From Chitinophaga pinensis (GTDB lineage Bacteria; Bacteroidota; Bacteroidia; UKL13-3): 37,970 nt of DNA. The stretch is from contig CALPIR020000001.1 of the NCBI GenBank assembly GCA_943323675.2, positions 1 to 37,970 of the forward strand, written 5' to 3'. Positions within the stretch are counted from its first letter, which is position 1, and each line of letters opens with the position of its first letter. This document shows positions 1 through 8,497 of this stretch, piece after piece. A model generated the notes under the pieces. It searched no databases. It saw only the letters and a program-made list of their open reading frames with translations, and was not told the origin of the DNA. The translations under genes and the position numbers were made by a program.

Positions 1-627
1 GAAAAAGGTGGGGTTTATGTGGTTGCTAATTTACGAGGCGGTGGCGAGTATGGTGAAGATTGGCACAAGGCGGGTATGCTTCATAATAAGCAAAATGTAT
101 TTGATGATTTTATTGCGGCAGCAGAGTTTTTAATTAAAGAGAAATACACCTCATCTGATAAACTAGCTCTTCATGGTGGAAGTAATGGTGGGTTATTGGT
201 TGGTGCGTGTATGACGCAAAGACCCGAGTTATTTAAAGTAGCTATTCCCGCTGTAGGTGTGTTGGATATGTTAAAATACCATAAGTTTACCATTGGTTGG
301 GGTTGGGCTGTTGAATACGGGAGCAGTGACAATAAAGAGCAGTTTGATTATTTAATTAGATACTCTCCATTACATCACGTTAAGTCTGGGGTAAATTATC
401 CAGCAACTATGATTATGACAGCGGATCATGATGACCGTGTTGTGCCTGCCCATAGTTTTAAATTTGCAGCTGAGTTACAAAGCAAACAATTACCAACAGG
501 GAATCCTGTATTAATTAGAATTGATAAAAAAGCGGGACACGGGGCTGGTAAACCTACCTCAAAATTAATTGAAGATGCCACAGACATGTGGAGCTTTGTA
601 TTGTGGAATTTAGGAATGAAATTTTAA
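1..627 (+). CDS. Prolyl oligopeptidase (S9A serine peptidase), C-terminal catalytic part; 5' end lies outside the window
   Basis: Frame 1 is open from nt 1 ([18 protein letters not shown]). It carries the catalytic Ser motif GGSNGGLL, the Asp region [16 protein letters not shown] and the His motif AGHGAGKP, all typical of prolyl endopeptidases. The stop is followed by a hairpin. Confidence 0.9.
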   Translation, partial: EKGGVYVVANLRGGGEYGEDWHKAGMLHNKQNVFDDFIAAAEFLIKEKYTSSDKLALHGGSNGGLLVGACMTQRPELFKVAIPAVGVLDMLKYHKFTIGWGWAVEYGSSDNKEQFDYLIRYSPLHHVKSGVNYPATMIMTADHDDRVVPAHSFKFAAELQSKQLPTGNPVLIRIDKKAGHGAGKPTSKLIEDATDMWSFVLWNLGMKF

Positions 628-642
628 AACTAAATTTTAAAT

Positions 643-684
643 AAAATGCCCCAATAGCTTATAGGTATTGGGGCATTTTGTTTT
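643..684. terminator. Bidirectional rho-independent terminator between convergent genes
   Basis: Perfect inverted repeat aaaatgccccaata (643-656) / tattggggcatttt (666-679) with a 9-nt loop. It is flanked by A-run and T-run and sits between the stop at 627 (+) and the stop at 683 (-). Confidence 0.8.
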
Positions 685-1189
685 AGTCTTTTATAGATTT
701 TGCCATTGTATCAAAATCAGATTTTAACGATTCTTTGTTTTTCAGCGCTGTCCAACACAGCGATTTATAAAAGTGGCCATTTGTTTCAGTGGCTGTAATG
801 AGCATGTAATAGTCACCTTCCTTATCTTTCCAAGTCAGCTCTATTTGCGCATGCTTATTGCCATTAGCCTCTGAGGTGGTAACAGAACCAAGTTTTCTTC
901 CTTTGGCATCTTTCATATAATCTTCGGTAAAAGAGTTTAAAAAGTCAGTAGGGTTGTTAAATTTCATCCCCAATGACTCCAAATGATCTTTTGCATCTTC
1001 AATTACAACCAGATAGGCATCTTTTATAGCACTTTGATATTGCAATAAAGCTACGTCATTTAAGTCGTATGCTTTAACCATATAGTCTGCAACGTTCATG
1101 GTAAAACAATGGCCACCAGTTTTGCTTGTAAATTGTGCATTAGCAGTAAATCCTAGTACCACAAAAATGCTTAAAAGTATTTTTTTCAT
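683..1189 (-). CDS. Secreted hypothetical protein (signal peptide)
   Basis: ORF-track ORF trimmed to the ATG at 1189, giving MKKILLSIFVVLGFTANAQ, a typical Bacteroidota signal peptide. It lies 19 nt downstream of the preceding gene. I recognise no family. Confidence 0.6.
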   Translation of the reverse strand: MKKILLSIFVVLGFTANAQFTSKTGGHCFTMNVADYMVKAYDLNDVALLQYQSAIKDAYLVVIEDAKDHLESLGMKFNNPTDFLNSFTEDYMKDAKGRKLGSVTTSEANGNKHAQIELTWKDKEGDYYMLITATETNGHFYKSLCWTALKNKESLKSDFDTMAKSIKD

Positions 1190-1208
1190 AAAGTATAAAT
1201 ATAATATA

Positions 1209-1760
1209 TTATTCAATAATAAGTTGGTATCTGTATAATAATCCGCTTAAATCATGGCGAGAGAATTTAGCCTTTTTAACACGATTCATAGCGGGATCTA
1301 TCATAAAATTAATGTTAGTTGTAAAGTCTACTGTTTCTATATTGGTTTGTTCGAACACCGCCTCACTAAAATCACAATTTGTTATTTTGGATAATGAAAG
1401 GTCTGTTTGGGTTAAGTTTACACCTTTCATTAAACAATCATTAAAACTACTTTTATTTAGTTTTTTCCTTTCAAAAGTTGCATAGCTCAGGTTACAATTT
1501 TTAGCTGTTATGCAAAAGCCAAAATCTTTAACACGGTTAAAATTTAATCCTATAAGTTTACAATCCTTAAAGAAGCATTCATTTAAAATACATAAATCAA
1601 TGTTTGCGTTACTAAAATTACAATTTATAAACTCACAATCGTTAAAGGTAATACCCTTTACGCTGTTAAAAATGCAATTAATAAACTCACAGTTTTCGTA
1701 TTCAATATCTTCTAATTTTTGCTCGCTAAAATCTAATTGCTTAAATTCTTGTTTGTGCAT
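1209..1760 (-). CDS. Pentapeptide-repeat protein (183 aa, MfpA/Qnr-like size and architecture)
   Basis: Continuous A(D/N)LXX-type pentapeptide periodicity (NCEFINCIFNSVKGITFNDCEFINCNFSNANIDLCILNECFFKDCKL...). The ATG at 1760 is 2 nt after the hutI stop. Confidence 0.85.
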   Translation of the reverse strand: MHKQEFKQLDFSEQKLEDIEYENCEFINCIFNSVKGITFNDCEFINCNFSNANIDLCILNECFFKDCKLIGLNFNRVKDFGFCITAKNCNLSYATFERKKLNKSSFNDCLMKGVNLTQTDLSLSKITNCDFSEAVFEQTNIETVDFTTNINFMIDPAMNRVKKAKFSRHDLSGLLYRYQLIIE

Positions 1761-1762
1761 TT

Positions 1763-3004
1763 CTAGTTTATTTTGGCTCCATTAATAATCACTGTCTCTA
1801 TCAAATCAACCCCAAAACTATAAGGGATAAAAGCCAGTGATGGTATTTGTTTTGTGATGATCACATTACCCAGTTTACCTTTTGTAATACTTCCGTGTGT
1901 ATGGCTTAATTCTAGTGCATATGCTCCGTTAATTGTAGTTGCATTAATAGCTTCTTCGGGTGTCAATTTCATTTGTGTGCAAGCTAAAGAAACTACAAAA
2001 CTCATACGTCCATTTGGCGATGATCCTGGATTGTAATCGCTGGCCAAACAAAACGGTAAACCTGCATCAATTATTTGCCTACCTGGCGCATAAGGTATGC
2101 CTAAAAAGAAAGAACAATTCGGTAATCCCACCGGCATTGTATTTCCGTTTTTTAAGCTGGTAATTTCTGCTTCTCCAGTATATTCTAAATGGTCAACGCT
2201 CAATGCTTGGTGTTTAACCGCAACCTGCACACCACCTGTATATCCAAGTTCATTGCCATGTATTTTTGCTTTTAAACCATATTGTTTCGCTGCAATAAGA
2301 ATTCGTTCAGTTTCATCCACAGTAAAAAATCCTTGGTCGCAAAATACATCACAATATTCAGCTAAATTTTCAGCTGCAACTTTTGGTAACATGTCATTTA
2401 GAACCAAATTAATGTATGCTTCTCGATTTTGTTTGTACTCGGTTGGTATGGCATGTGCGCCTAAAAAGGTTGCTTTAATGGTTATGGGCGAAATTGCTTT
2501 TAAACGTTTAATAACCCGCAACATTTTTAGTTCATCTTCAACAGTAAGCCCATAACCACTTTTTATTTCAATGGCACCTGTTCCAAATTTAATCACCTCA
2601 AACAACCTGGCTTTTGCACTTTCAAACAATTCGTCTTCACTCATGGCTTGAAGCTTTCCAGCAGAGTTTAAAATACCACCACCAGCTTCAGAAATTTCTT
2701 CATAACTTTTACCCTTGATACGCATCACAAATTCTTCTTCTCTACTTTTTGCATAAACAATATGCGTGTGCGAGTCAATAAAGCACGGTAATACATATCC
2801 ATTATTGGCATCAATCACTTCGGCTGTTGTTTCTGGCAGATCATTCATAACGCCAAAGTCTTTTATAATGCCATCGGTAATTAACAAATAGGCATTATCA
2901 ATGCTATCAAGCATATTCATTTCAGTACCCGATTTTTTTTGAATGGATACATTCTGTATTATTCCGTATAACGACTTTATGTTTTTAATAAGTACTGATT
3001 TCAT
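1763..3004 (-). CDS. hutI: Imidazolonepropionase (amidohydrolase superfamily)
   Basis: Motifs DSHTHIVYA, EAGGGILNS, IKSGYGL, FLGAHAIPTEY, DVFCDQGFF, SVDHLEY and LASDYNPGSSP match HutI. I set the start at the ATG at 3004 (MKSVLIKNIK...). The longer ORF-track N-terminus (to 3262) is low-complexity and overlaps the divergent gene. Confidence 0.9.
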   Translation of the reverse strand: MKSVLIKNIKSLYGIIQNVSIQKKSGTEMNMLDSIDNAYLLITDGIIKDFGVMNDLPETTAEVIDANNGYVLPCFIDSHTHIVYAKSREEEFVMRIKGKSYEEISEAGGGILNSAGKLQAMSEDELFESAKARLFEVIKFGTGAIEIKSGYGLTVEDELKMLRVIKRLKAISPITIKATFLGAHAIPTEYKQNREAYINLVLNDMLPKVAAENLAEYCDVFCDQGFFTVDETERILIAAKQYGLKAKIHGNELGYTGGVQVAVKHQALSVDHLEYTGEAEITSLKNGNTMPVGLPNCSFFLGIPYAPGRQIIDAGLPFCLASDYNPGSSPNGRMSFVVSLACTQMKLTPEEAINATTINGAYALELSHTHGSITKGKLGNVIITKQIPSLAFIPYSFGVDLIETVIINGAKIN

Positions 3005-3089
3005 ATCACAGGCAAATAACGAACATGTTGAATAATTTAAAAAATAAATGATACTTGGTTTAGTGCTCAAGTATTTACTTTGTATAATA

Positions 3090-3608
3090 ATGAAAGATCT
3101 ACAACTAATTTTACAAACACCCGTAAAAATGGGTAATGATGTTTGGATTGCAGACACTGCGCGCGTTTTTGGATTGGTAACTTTAGGTGATGAGTGTTCG
3201 GTATGGTTTGGGGCTGTATTGCGTGGCGATGGTGATTTTATTACCGTTGGAAACCGAAGCAATATCCAAGAAAATGCCGTTGTTCACGTTGATCCAGGTT
3301 TTCCGACCCAAATTGGTAATGATTGTATTGTTGGTCATGGCGCAATAGTGCATGGAGCAAAGCTTGGAAATCATGTACTGGTAGGCATGCATGCAACGGT
3401 TTTAAACGGAGCAACGGTAGGTAATTTTTGTATAATTGGTGCTCATGCACTGGTAACTGAGGGGATGGTAATACCTGATTACAGTATTGTTATGGGTGCT
3501 CCTGGAAAGGTGGTAAAGCAATTATCTCCCGATCATATCGAAAAAGTGAAACGAAATGCGCAATCATATGTTGATCTAAGTAAGGAATATTTGAAGTATT
3601 GGAAATAA
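3090..3608 (+). CDS. Gamma-class carbonic anhydrase-like left-handed beta-helix (hexapeptide repeat) protein, YrdA/PaaY family
   Basis: Contains VWIADTARVFGLVTLGDECSVWFGAVLRGDGDFITVGNRSNIQENAVVHVD...IGHGAIVHGAKLG, with hexapeptide periodicity and the His-containing motifs of the gamma-CA family. Start set at the ATG at 3090 (MKDLQL...). Confidence 0.85.
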   Translation: MKDLQLILQTPVKMGNDVWIADTARVFGLVTLGDECSVWFGAVLRGDGDFITVGNRSNIQENAVVHVDPGFPTQIGNDCIVGHGAIVHGAKLGNHVLVGMHATVLNGATVGNFCIIGAHALVTEGMVIPDYSIVMGAPGKVVKQLSPDHIEKVKRNAQSYVDLSKEYLKYWK

Positions 3609-3730
3609 CCAGTGGATTTACATTATAGTCTAGTAAGCAATTCAAATATTTATAAAGATCTTTCTTCTCTATCATATTAATTGTTCTAAATGTATATTTA
3701 TCACGTAAAATTGCAGTCTCAATTTTATAC

Positions 3731-5476
3731 ATGAAAATACTAGTTACTTACCTTAAGCGATACAAAAAATTAGTTGGCTTATCCATGTTATTTGCCACCA
3801 TTAACCAGGTTTTCTCTTTACTCGACCCACTAATTTATGGAAAAATAATTGACCAATACGCCCAACATGCATCATCTTTTACCCAAAGTCAATTTATAAA
3901 AGGAGCAGGGTTATTAATTTTAGCGGCTATTGGCGTAGCTATGGTAAGTCGTATTGCAAAGGCATTTCAGGATTATACCGTTAACTTGGTAATACAAAAA
4001 TTAGGTGCAGATATATACACTGATGGATTAAAACATACATTACAAATTCCGTTTAGCGAGTTCGAAGATCAACGTAGTGGCGAAACTTTAAACATTTTAC
4101 AAAAGGTAAGGATCGATACTGAAAAGTTTATCATGAGTTTTGTGAATATTCTTTTTGCCTCGCTTGTGGGTATCGTGTTTGTGATGATATACGCTATAAA
4201 TGTACATGGTGGATTAATTGTTATTTATGTTGTTGCTGCAACATCGTTAAGTGTTATTACCAACTATTTATCAAAACGTGTAAAAAAAGTACAAACAAAT
4301 ATTGTTCGTGAAACACGCATGCTTGCTGGAAGTACAACTGAAAGCCTGCGTAATATTGAATTGGTGAAAAGTTTAGGTTTAACAAACCAAGAAACAAACC
4401 GATTAAATTCAGCAACAAAAAAAATATTGCAATTAGAGTTAAAAAAGGTTCGCGATATACGTAGTATTTCTTTTGTACAGGGTACTTTGGTTAACTTACT
4501 TCGTCAGTCTATATTATTTATGCTTTTGTATTTAATTTTTGAAGGACAATTGAGTGTAGGCGAAATCATTACGTTACAATTTTATTCTTTCTTTATTTTT
4601 GGCCCTTTACAAGAGGTGGGTAACGTAATCATCAGTTACCGTGAGGCAGAAGCTTCGTTGGCTAATTTTGAGCAAATTATGAATACGCCTTTAGAGCCTA
4701 AGCCGAATTCACCAAAGCAACTCGGTGCTATACAAATCATGAAATTTAGCGAGGTGGTATTTAGGCACAAGTCTGCCGGATATGATGCAGTTAGTAAAAT
4801 TAGCTTTGATGTAAATAAGGGTGAAACCATTGCTTTCGTTGGCCCAAGTGGAAGCGGAAAAAGTACTTTGGTTAAATTGTTGGTTGGATTGTATTCGCCA
4901 AATTCGGGTAGTATTTTGTATAACAACATTCTTTCAACCGATATTGATAAAGATGAACTGCAGCAGCAACTTGGCTTTGTTACACAAGATACCCAATTGT
5001 TTTCGGGTACTATAAAAGAGAATTTATTGTTTGTTAAACCTAATGCAACAGATACAGAGTTGGAAGAAGTGTTGGAAAAATCCGCTTGCAGCAATATTGT
5101 AAATCGTAGCGAAAATGGCTTAGATACTATGATAGGAGAGGGAGGAATGAAATTAAGTGGTGGCGAAAAGCAACGTTTGTCAATTGCACGTGCATTGCTA
5201 CGTAATCCGCGTATTATGGTTTTTGATGAGGCAACCTCAGCACTCGATTCTATTACAGAGGCATCTATTTCAGATACCATTAAAAACATTTCAGATAAGA
5301 AGGATAGTATAACAGTTTTAATAGCACATCGATTATCAACCATTATGCATGCCGATAGGATTTTTGTGCTAGAAAAGGGCGTTGTAATTGAAACGGGTAA
5401 ACACCAAGATTTATTAAATGAAAAAGGGTTGTACTATGCCATGTGGCGTCAGCAAATTGGTGAGCGTAGGGAATAG
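3731..5476 (+). CDS. ABC exporter, fused permease/ATPase (MsbA/multidrug type)
   Basis: N-terminal 6-TM domain. Walker A GPSGSGKST, signature LSGGEKQR, Walker B IMVFDEATSALD, H-loop IAHRLST. Confidence 0.9.
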   Translation: MKILVTYLKRYKKLVGLSMLFATINQVFSLLDPLIYGKIIDQYAQHASSFTQSQFIKGAGLLILAAIGVAMVSRIAKAFQDYTVNLVIQKLGADIYTDGLKHTLQIPFSEFEDQRSGETLNILQKVRIDTEKFIMSFVNILFASLVGIVFVMIYAINVHGGLIVIYVVAATSLSVITNYLSKRVKKVQTNIVRETRMLAGSTTESLRNIELVKSLGLTNQETNRLNSATKKILQLELKKVRDIRSISFVQGTLVNLLRQSILFMLLYLIFEGQLSVGEIITLQFYSFFIFGPLQEVGNVIISYREAEASLANFEQIMNTPLEPKPNSPKQLGAIQIMKFSEVVFRHKSAGYDAVSKISFDVNKGETIAFVGPSGSGKSTLVKLLVGLYSPNSGSILYNNILSTDIDKDELQQQLGFVTQDTQLFSGTIKENLLFVKPNATDTELEEVLEKSACSNIVNRSENGLDTMIGEGGMKLSGGEKQRLSIARALLRNPRIMVFDEATSALDSITEASISDTIKNISDKKDSITVLIAHRLSTIMHADRIFVLEKGVVIETGKHQDLLNEKGLYYAMWRQQIGERRE

Positions 5477-5487
5477 AAAATATTTTA

Positions 5488-5520
5488 AAAGGGTCGGATT
5501 TAATCGACCCTTTAGTTTTT
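5488..5520. terminator. Bidirectional rho-independent terminator (end of the ABC gene and end of the dab-sulP-porin operon)
   Basis: Inverted repeat aaagggtcg (5488-5496) / cgacccttt (5505-5513) with an A-run upstream and agttttt downstream. It lies between convergent stops at 5476 (+) and 5519 (-). Confidence 0.75.
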
Positions 5521-6814
5521 AAATCGCAATTTGGAATTGCACAACCATCATGCCCTTATTAGATGTTTGTTTTAAACTTGTTGTGTTTATAATCGGTCTA
5601 CTTTGGTAGTTTAAACTAACTTTAGAGCGTTGTCCATCAATAAGCCAGTTAACGCCTATGTCCCACATACCTGTTGTACTTTTTAACCTATCGTACTTGG
5701 CCAAAGTTAAATCGGCATAAGGTTGAATTCTGTTCTCATCTGTGTTATTTTTTTTAGGTAATAGGTATCCTATTTGAGCAAACAATGTATTTCCTGTTCC
5801 GTACATAGCAAAACTATTTCCACCCCCACTTAATGTATTTCCTGTATTAATATTGGCAGGGTTTAACACACCATTATTTCTGATGTAATTTTTTCCGTAA
5901 TCTGTTTTTGACGCTGCAGCATACAAGGTTAATACACTGCCGTTGTTTTTTATAGGCTGTTCAAAAAACACATCAACTCCTAAATTAAATAATTTCTGAT
6001 GGATGATGTTTTTACTCAAAGTATCTGCATAATGCCACATGGCATCTGTTTGATATTGAAAACCTGCTCCAAATGTCAGCACTTTTTTCTTGCCTAAATA
6101 AGTTCCCGACATGTATGGTGTAACATTGCTTTCTTCATCCCAAAACTGATACATTAAATAGCCACTTGTTTGCAACTTAGGGGCATTGTAAGAAAAGTCT
6201 GAATTTAAATTTATAGCTTTGACTGAAGATATACTTGCATCAATCATTAGGGGTTTTGATAGTGCGAATCTATAATCAAACTTATCTATTTTACCCTTTG
6301 CATATACACTTAGTTTGCGCAAAAATTGGTCGTTTACATCATTAGTTGATTGTTGGTACAATGGTATATCATAACCCAATATATTTGCAGCTGATGGCGC
6401 TGCATAACGCGAAAAACCAGACCAGCCAGTTAAGCCTGTTCCTAAATGAAACAATTTCTGAGTTGGTTGATATTCTGTTACGACATCATGAAAAAATAGA
6501 CCTGGTTTACGTGAAGAATTGTATCCATAGTTATTAATACCCAATTGGGTATACATAAAAACTTTATCAGAAATTTTCCCCATTAACTGTAAACGAACCC
6601 TTCGCAATCCAACGTCAAATGTTTCATTTTCGGATTTGCCATTAATGGTTGTTCCTGGATTGTTATGTGTATATCTGGTCCAAATTTGCGCTGTAAAGTT
6701 GGCTTTTAAATAATGTGTTCCAGTTTCATTTAGACTTAATTTAAGCTCTTTTTTTTGAGCATAAAGCAACAATGCGCTTGCGCTTAACACTGCAGTTAAA
6801 AAAATGGTTTTCAT
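5519..6814 (-). CDS. Outer-membrane beta-barrel porin (anion/phosphate-selective-porin-like), last gene of the dabAB-sulP operon
   Basis: Signal peptide MKTIFLTAVLSASALLLYAQ, alternating amphipathic beta-strand pattern, aromatic-rich C-terminal strand (MMVVQFQIAI), and the segment DVGLRRVRLQLMGKISDKVFMYTQLG reminiscent of porin O/P-type proteins. It starts 9 nt after the SulP stop. Confidence 0.65.
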   Translation of the reverse strand: MKTIFLTAVLSASALLLYAQKKELKLSLNETGTHYLKANFTAQIWTRYTHNNPGTTINGKSENETFDVGLRRVRLQLMGKISDKVFMYTQLGINNYGYNSSRKPGLFFHDVVTEYQPTQKLFHLGTGLTGWSGFSRYAAPSAANILGYDIPLYQQSTNDVNDQFLRKLSVYAKGKIDKFDYRFALSKPLMIDASISSVKAINLNSDFSYNAPKLQTSGYLMYQFWDEESNVTPYMSGTYLGKKKVLTFGAGFQYQTDAMWHYADTLSKNIIHQKLFNLGVDVFFEQPIKNNGSVLTLYAAASKTDYGKNYIRNNGVLNPANINTGNTLSGGGNSFAMYGTGNTLFAQIGYLLPKKNNTDENRIQPYADLTLAKYDRLKSTTGMWDIGVNWLIDGQRSKVSLNYQSRPIINTTSLKQTSNKGMMVVQFQIAI

Positions 6815-6823
6815 ACAGTGGTT

Positions 6824-8482
6824 TTATTTTTTATTTGAAAACTTACGTGTGGCAAATGGATGTTTTGATAAAGCGGTGTGGTTCTCAAGGCCAATGATCT
6901 CGAATTCTCCACCGTCTTCTTCGTATCTTCTTGCCATCTGGTTGATTTGCTCCATTACGGTATGATCTATTAGTTTTACTCCAGTAAAATCGACCAAAAC
7001 ATTTTTGCCAGGAGGCAATTTTTCCAGTTGTTTTTTCATTCCAATATAATTGCTAAAAACTGCAGAATGCGCCACATCAATTGTATATAGATTTTGATCG
7101 GCACTCACATTAATGGTTAAAAATGGTTTAAATATACTTTTAAAAGGTACCCCATTAATAATGTGAATAATCATTTTAACTATAATGCCCACGGCTATAC
7201 CAATAAGAAGATCTGTTGCTAAAGTAGCAACAATTGTTGATATAAAGATGAAGAGTTGCTCCTTTCCAATTTTTAGTGTTTTTATAAATTCTTTTGGTGA
7301 TGCTAGGCGATAACCAGTAACCATAAGCATAGCAGCTAGCGCGGCTAATGGTATTTGGTGAATAACTTGGCTTAAGAATAATATAAACACCAATAAAAAC
7401 CCTCCATGAAAAAAATTAGCCCAACGTGTTTTTGCTCCATTATTTACATTGGCAGAACTACGCACAACTTCTGCTATTATAGGTAAGCCACCTAACATAG
7501 ATGATAATATGTTTCCCGAACCCTTAGCAAATAATTCTCGGTTAAAATTTGATTGTCGTTTAAATGGATCTAGTTTGTCTATAGCGGCTGCAGTTAACAG
7601 TGATTCTAAACTTGCCACTAGAGCATAGGTAATCATCATTTGAAATCCAAAAGAAGTAAATAAATAATCAAATCTCGGCATTATTATTCCGTCCAAAATA
7701 TTTGATGGAAGTGTAACTAAAAACTTTGGCCCTAATAAATATTCATGGCCATTTAAAAACAGGTATTTATGTTCATGTTCTAAATCAAAATAATGACCTA
7801 GTGGTATAGCAATTAATATTACTAATAAAGGGGCTGGGATCATTTTTACATATTTATTTTTAATTAGTGGTAATCCAATTAATATAATAAAACTCAATGC
7901 AGCAATAATGGCAACATCAGGATTCATGTTAATTATACTATGAGGAATTTCTGTGATTACTTCCAGCATATCCTTTCCTTGTGGTTTAACGCCTAATGCG
8001 GTGTGGAATTGTTTGGCAAAAATCATAATACCAATAGCAGCAAGCATACCATGTACAACCGAAGAAGGGAAAAAATTACTAAGAACACCTGCTTTAATTA
8101 ATCCAAATAAAATTTGAATTACACCACATCCAACACCAACAGCTAGGGTACATTGGTATGCAAACATTTCAATTTGATCTGGAGTTAAACCTTCTGGTGC
8201 TATTTTTTTAAAGCCTTCAATACTCATTAAAACAATAACGGCTAACCCTGCAGCTGGACCGTTAATAGTTAAGTGTGATCCGCTAGATAAAGACAATAAT
8301 AAACCGCCAACTACACCTGCAATTATGCCGGCCATAGGAGGTACACCACTTGCCATAGCTATACCTAAACACAATGGCAATGCGATTAGTGAAATAATAA
8401 AACCTGACAGTAAATCAGTTTTCCAATTTTCTTTTAGTCCTGCTAATCCATCAGCAGGTATATTTTTTTTAAATAAATTCAT
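6824..8482 (-). CDS. SulP-family inorganic anion transporter with C-terminal STAS domain (BicA/DauA-like)
   Basis: N-terminal DLLSGFIISLIALPLCLGIAMASGVPPMAGIIAGVVGG...INGPAAGLAVIV is the SulP signature region. It has about 10-12 TM segments and a C-terminal STAS-like domain (VLVDFTGVKLIDHTVMEQINQMARRYEEDGGEFEIIGL). It starts 15 nt after the dabB stop. Confidence 0.92.
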   Translation of the reverse strand: MNLFKKNIPADGLAGLKENWKTDLLSGFIISLIALPLCLGIAMASGVPPMAGIIAGVVGGLLLSLSSGSHLTINGPAAGLAVIVLMSIEGFKKIAPEGLTPDQIEMFAYQCTLAVGVGCGVIQILFGLIKAGVLSNFFPSSVVHGMLAAIGIMIFAKQFHTALGVKPQGKDMLEVITEIPHSIINMNPDVAIIAALSFIILIGLPLIKNKYVKMIPAPLLVILIAIPLGHYFDLEHEHKYLFLNGHEYLLGPKFLVTLPSNILDGIIMPRFDYLFTSFGFQMMITYALVASLESLLTAAAIDKLDPFKRQSNFNRELFAKGSGNILSSMLGGLPIIAEVVRSSANVNNGAKTRWANFFHGGFLLVFILFLSQVIHQIPLAALAAMLMVTGYRLASPKEFIKTLKIGKEQLFIFISTIVATLATDLLIGIAVGIIVKMIIHIINGVPFKSIFKPFLTINVSADQNLYTIDVAHSAVFSNYIGMKKQLEKLPPGKNVLVDFTGVKLIDHTVMEQINQMARRYEEDGGEFEIIGLENHTALSKHPFATRKFSNKK

Positions 8483-8497
8483 GTTATATATTTTTAA

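Noticed and set aside
1854-2555. Several plus-strand ORFs (60-152 aa) within hutI
   Set aside because: They are antisense to a strongly supported gene, have no motifs, and are typical shadow ORFs. The same reasoning applies to 21182-21442, 21891-22406, 22623-22868, 25631-25999, 26231-27475 and 28434-29617.
3005-3262. 86-codon N-terminal extension of the hutI ORF in the ORF track
   Set aside because: The extension is Pro/Ser/Thr-rich junk and overlaps the divergent gamma-CA-like gene. A conserved-looking HutI N-terminus begins at the ATG at 3004.
4636-5343. 235-aa minus-strand ORF inside the ABC transporter gene
   Set aside because: It is entirely antisense to a gene with unambiguous Walker A, signature and Walker B motifs. 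Its translation is low-complexity Ser/Leu-rich with no motifs, so it is a shadow ORF.
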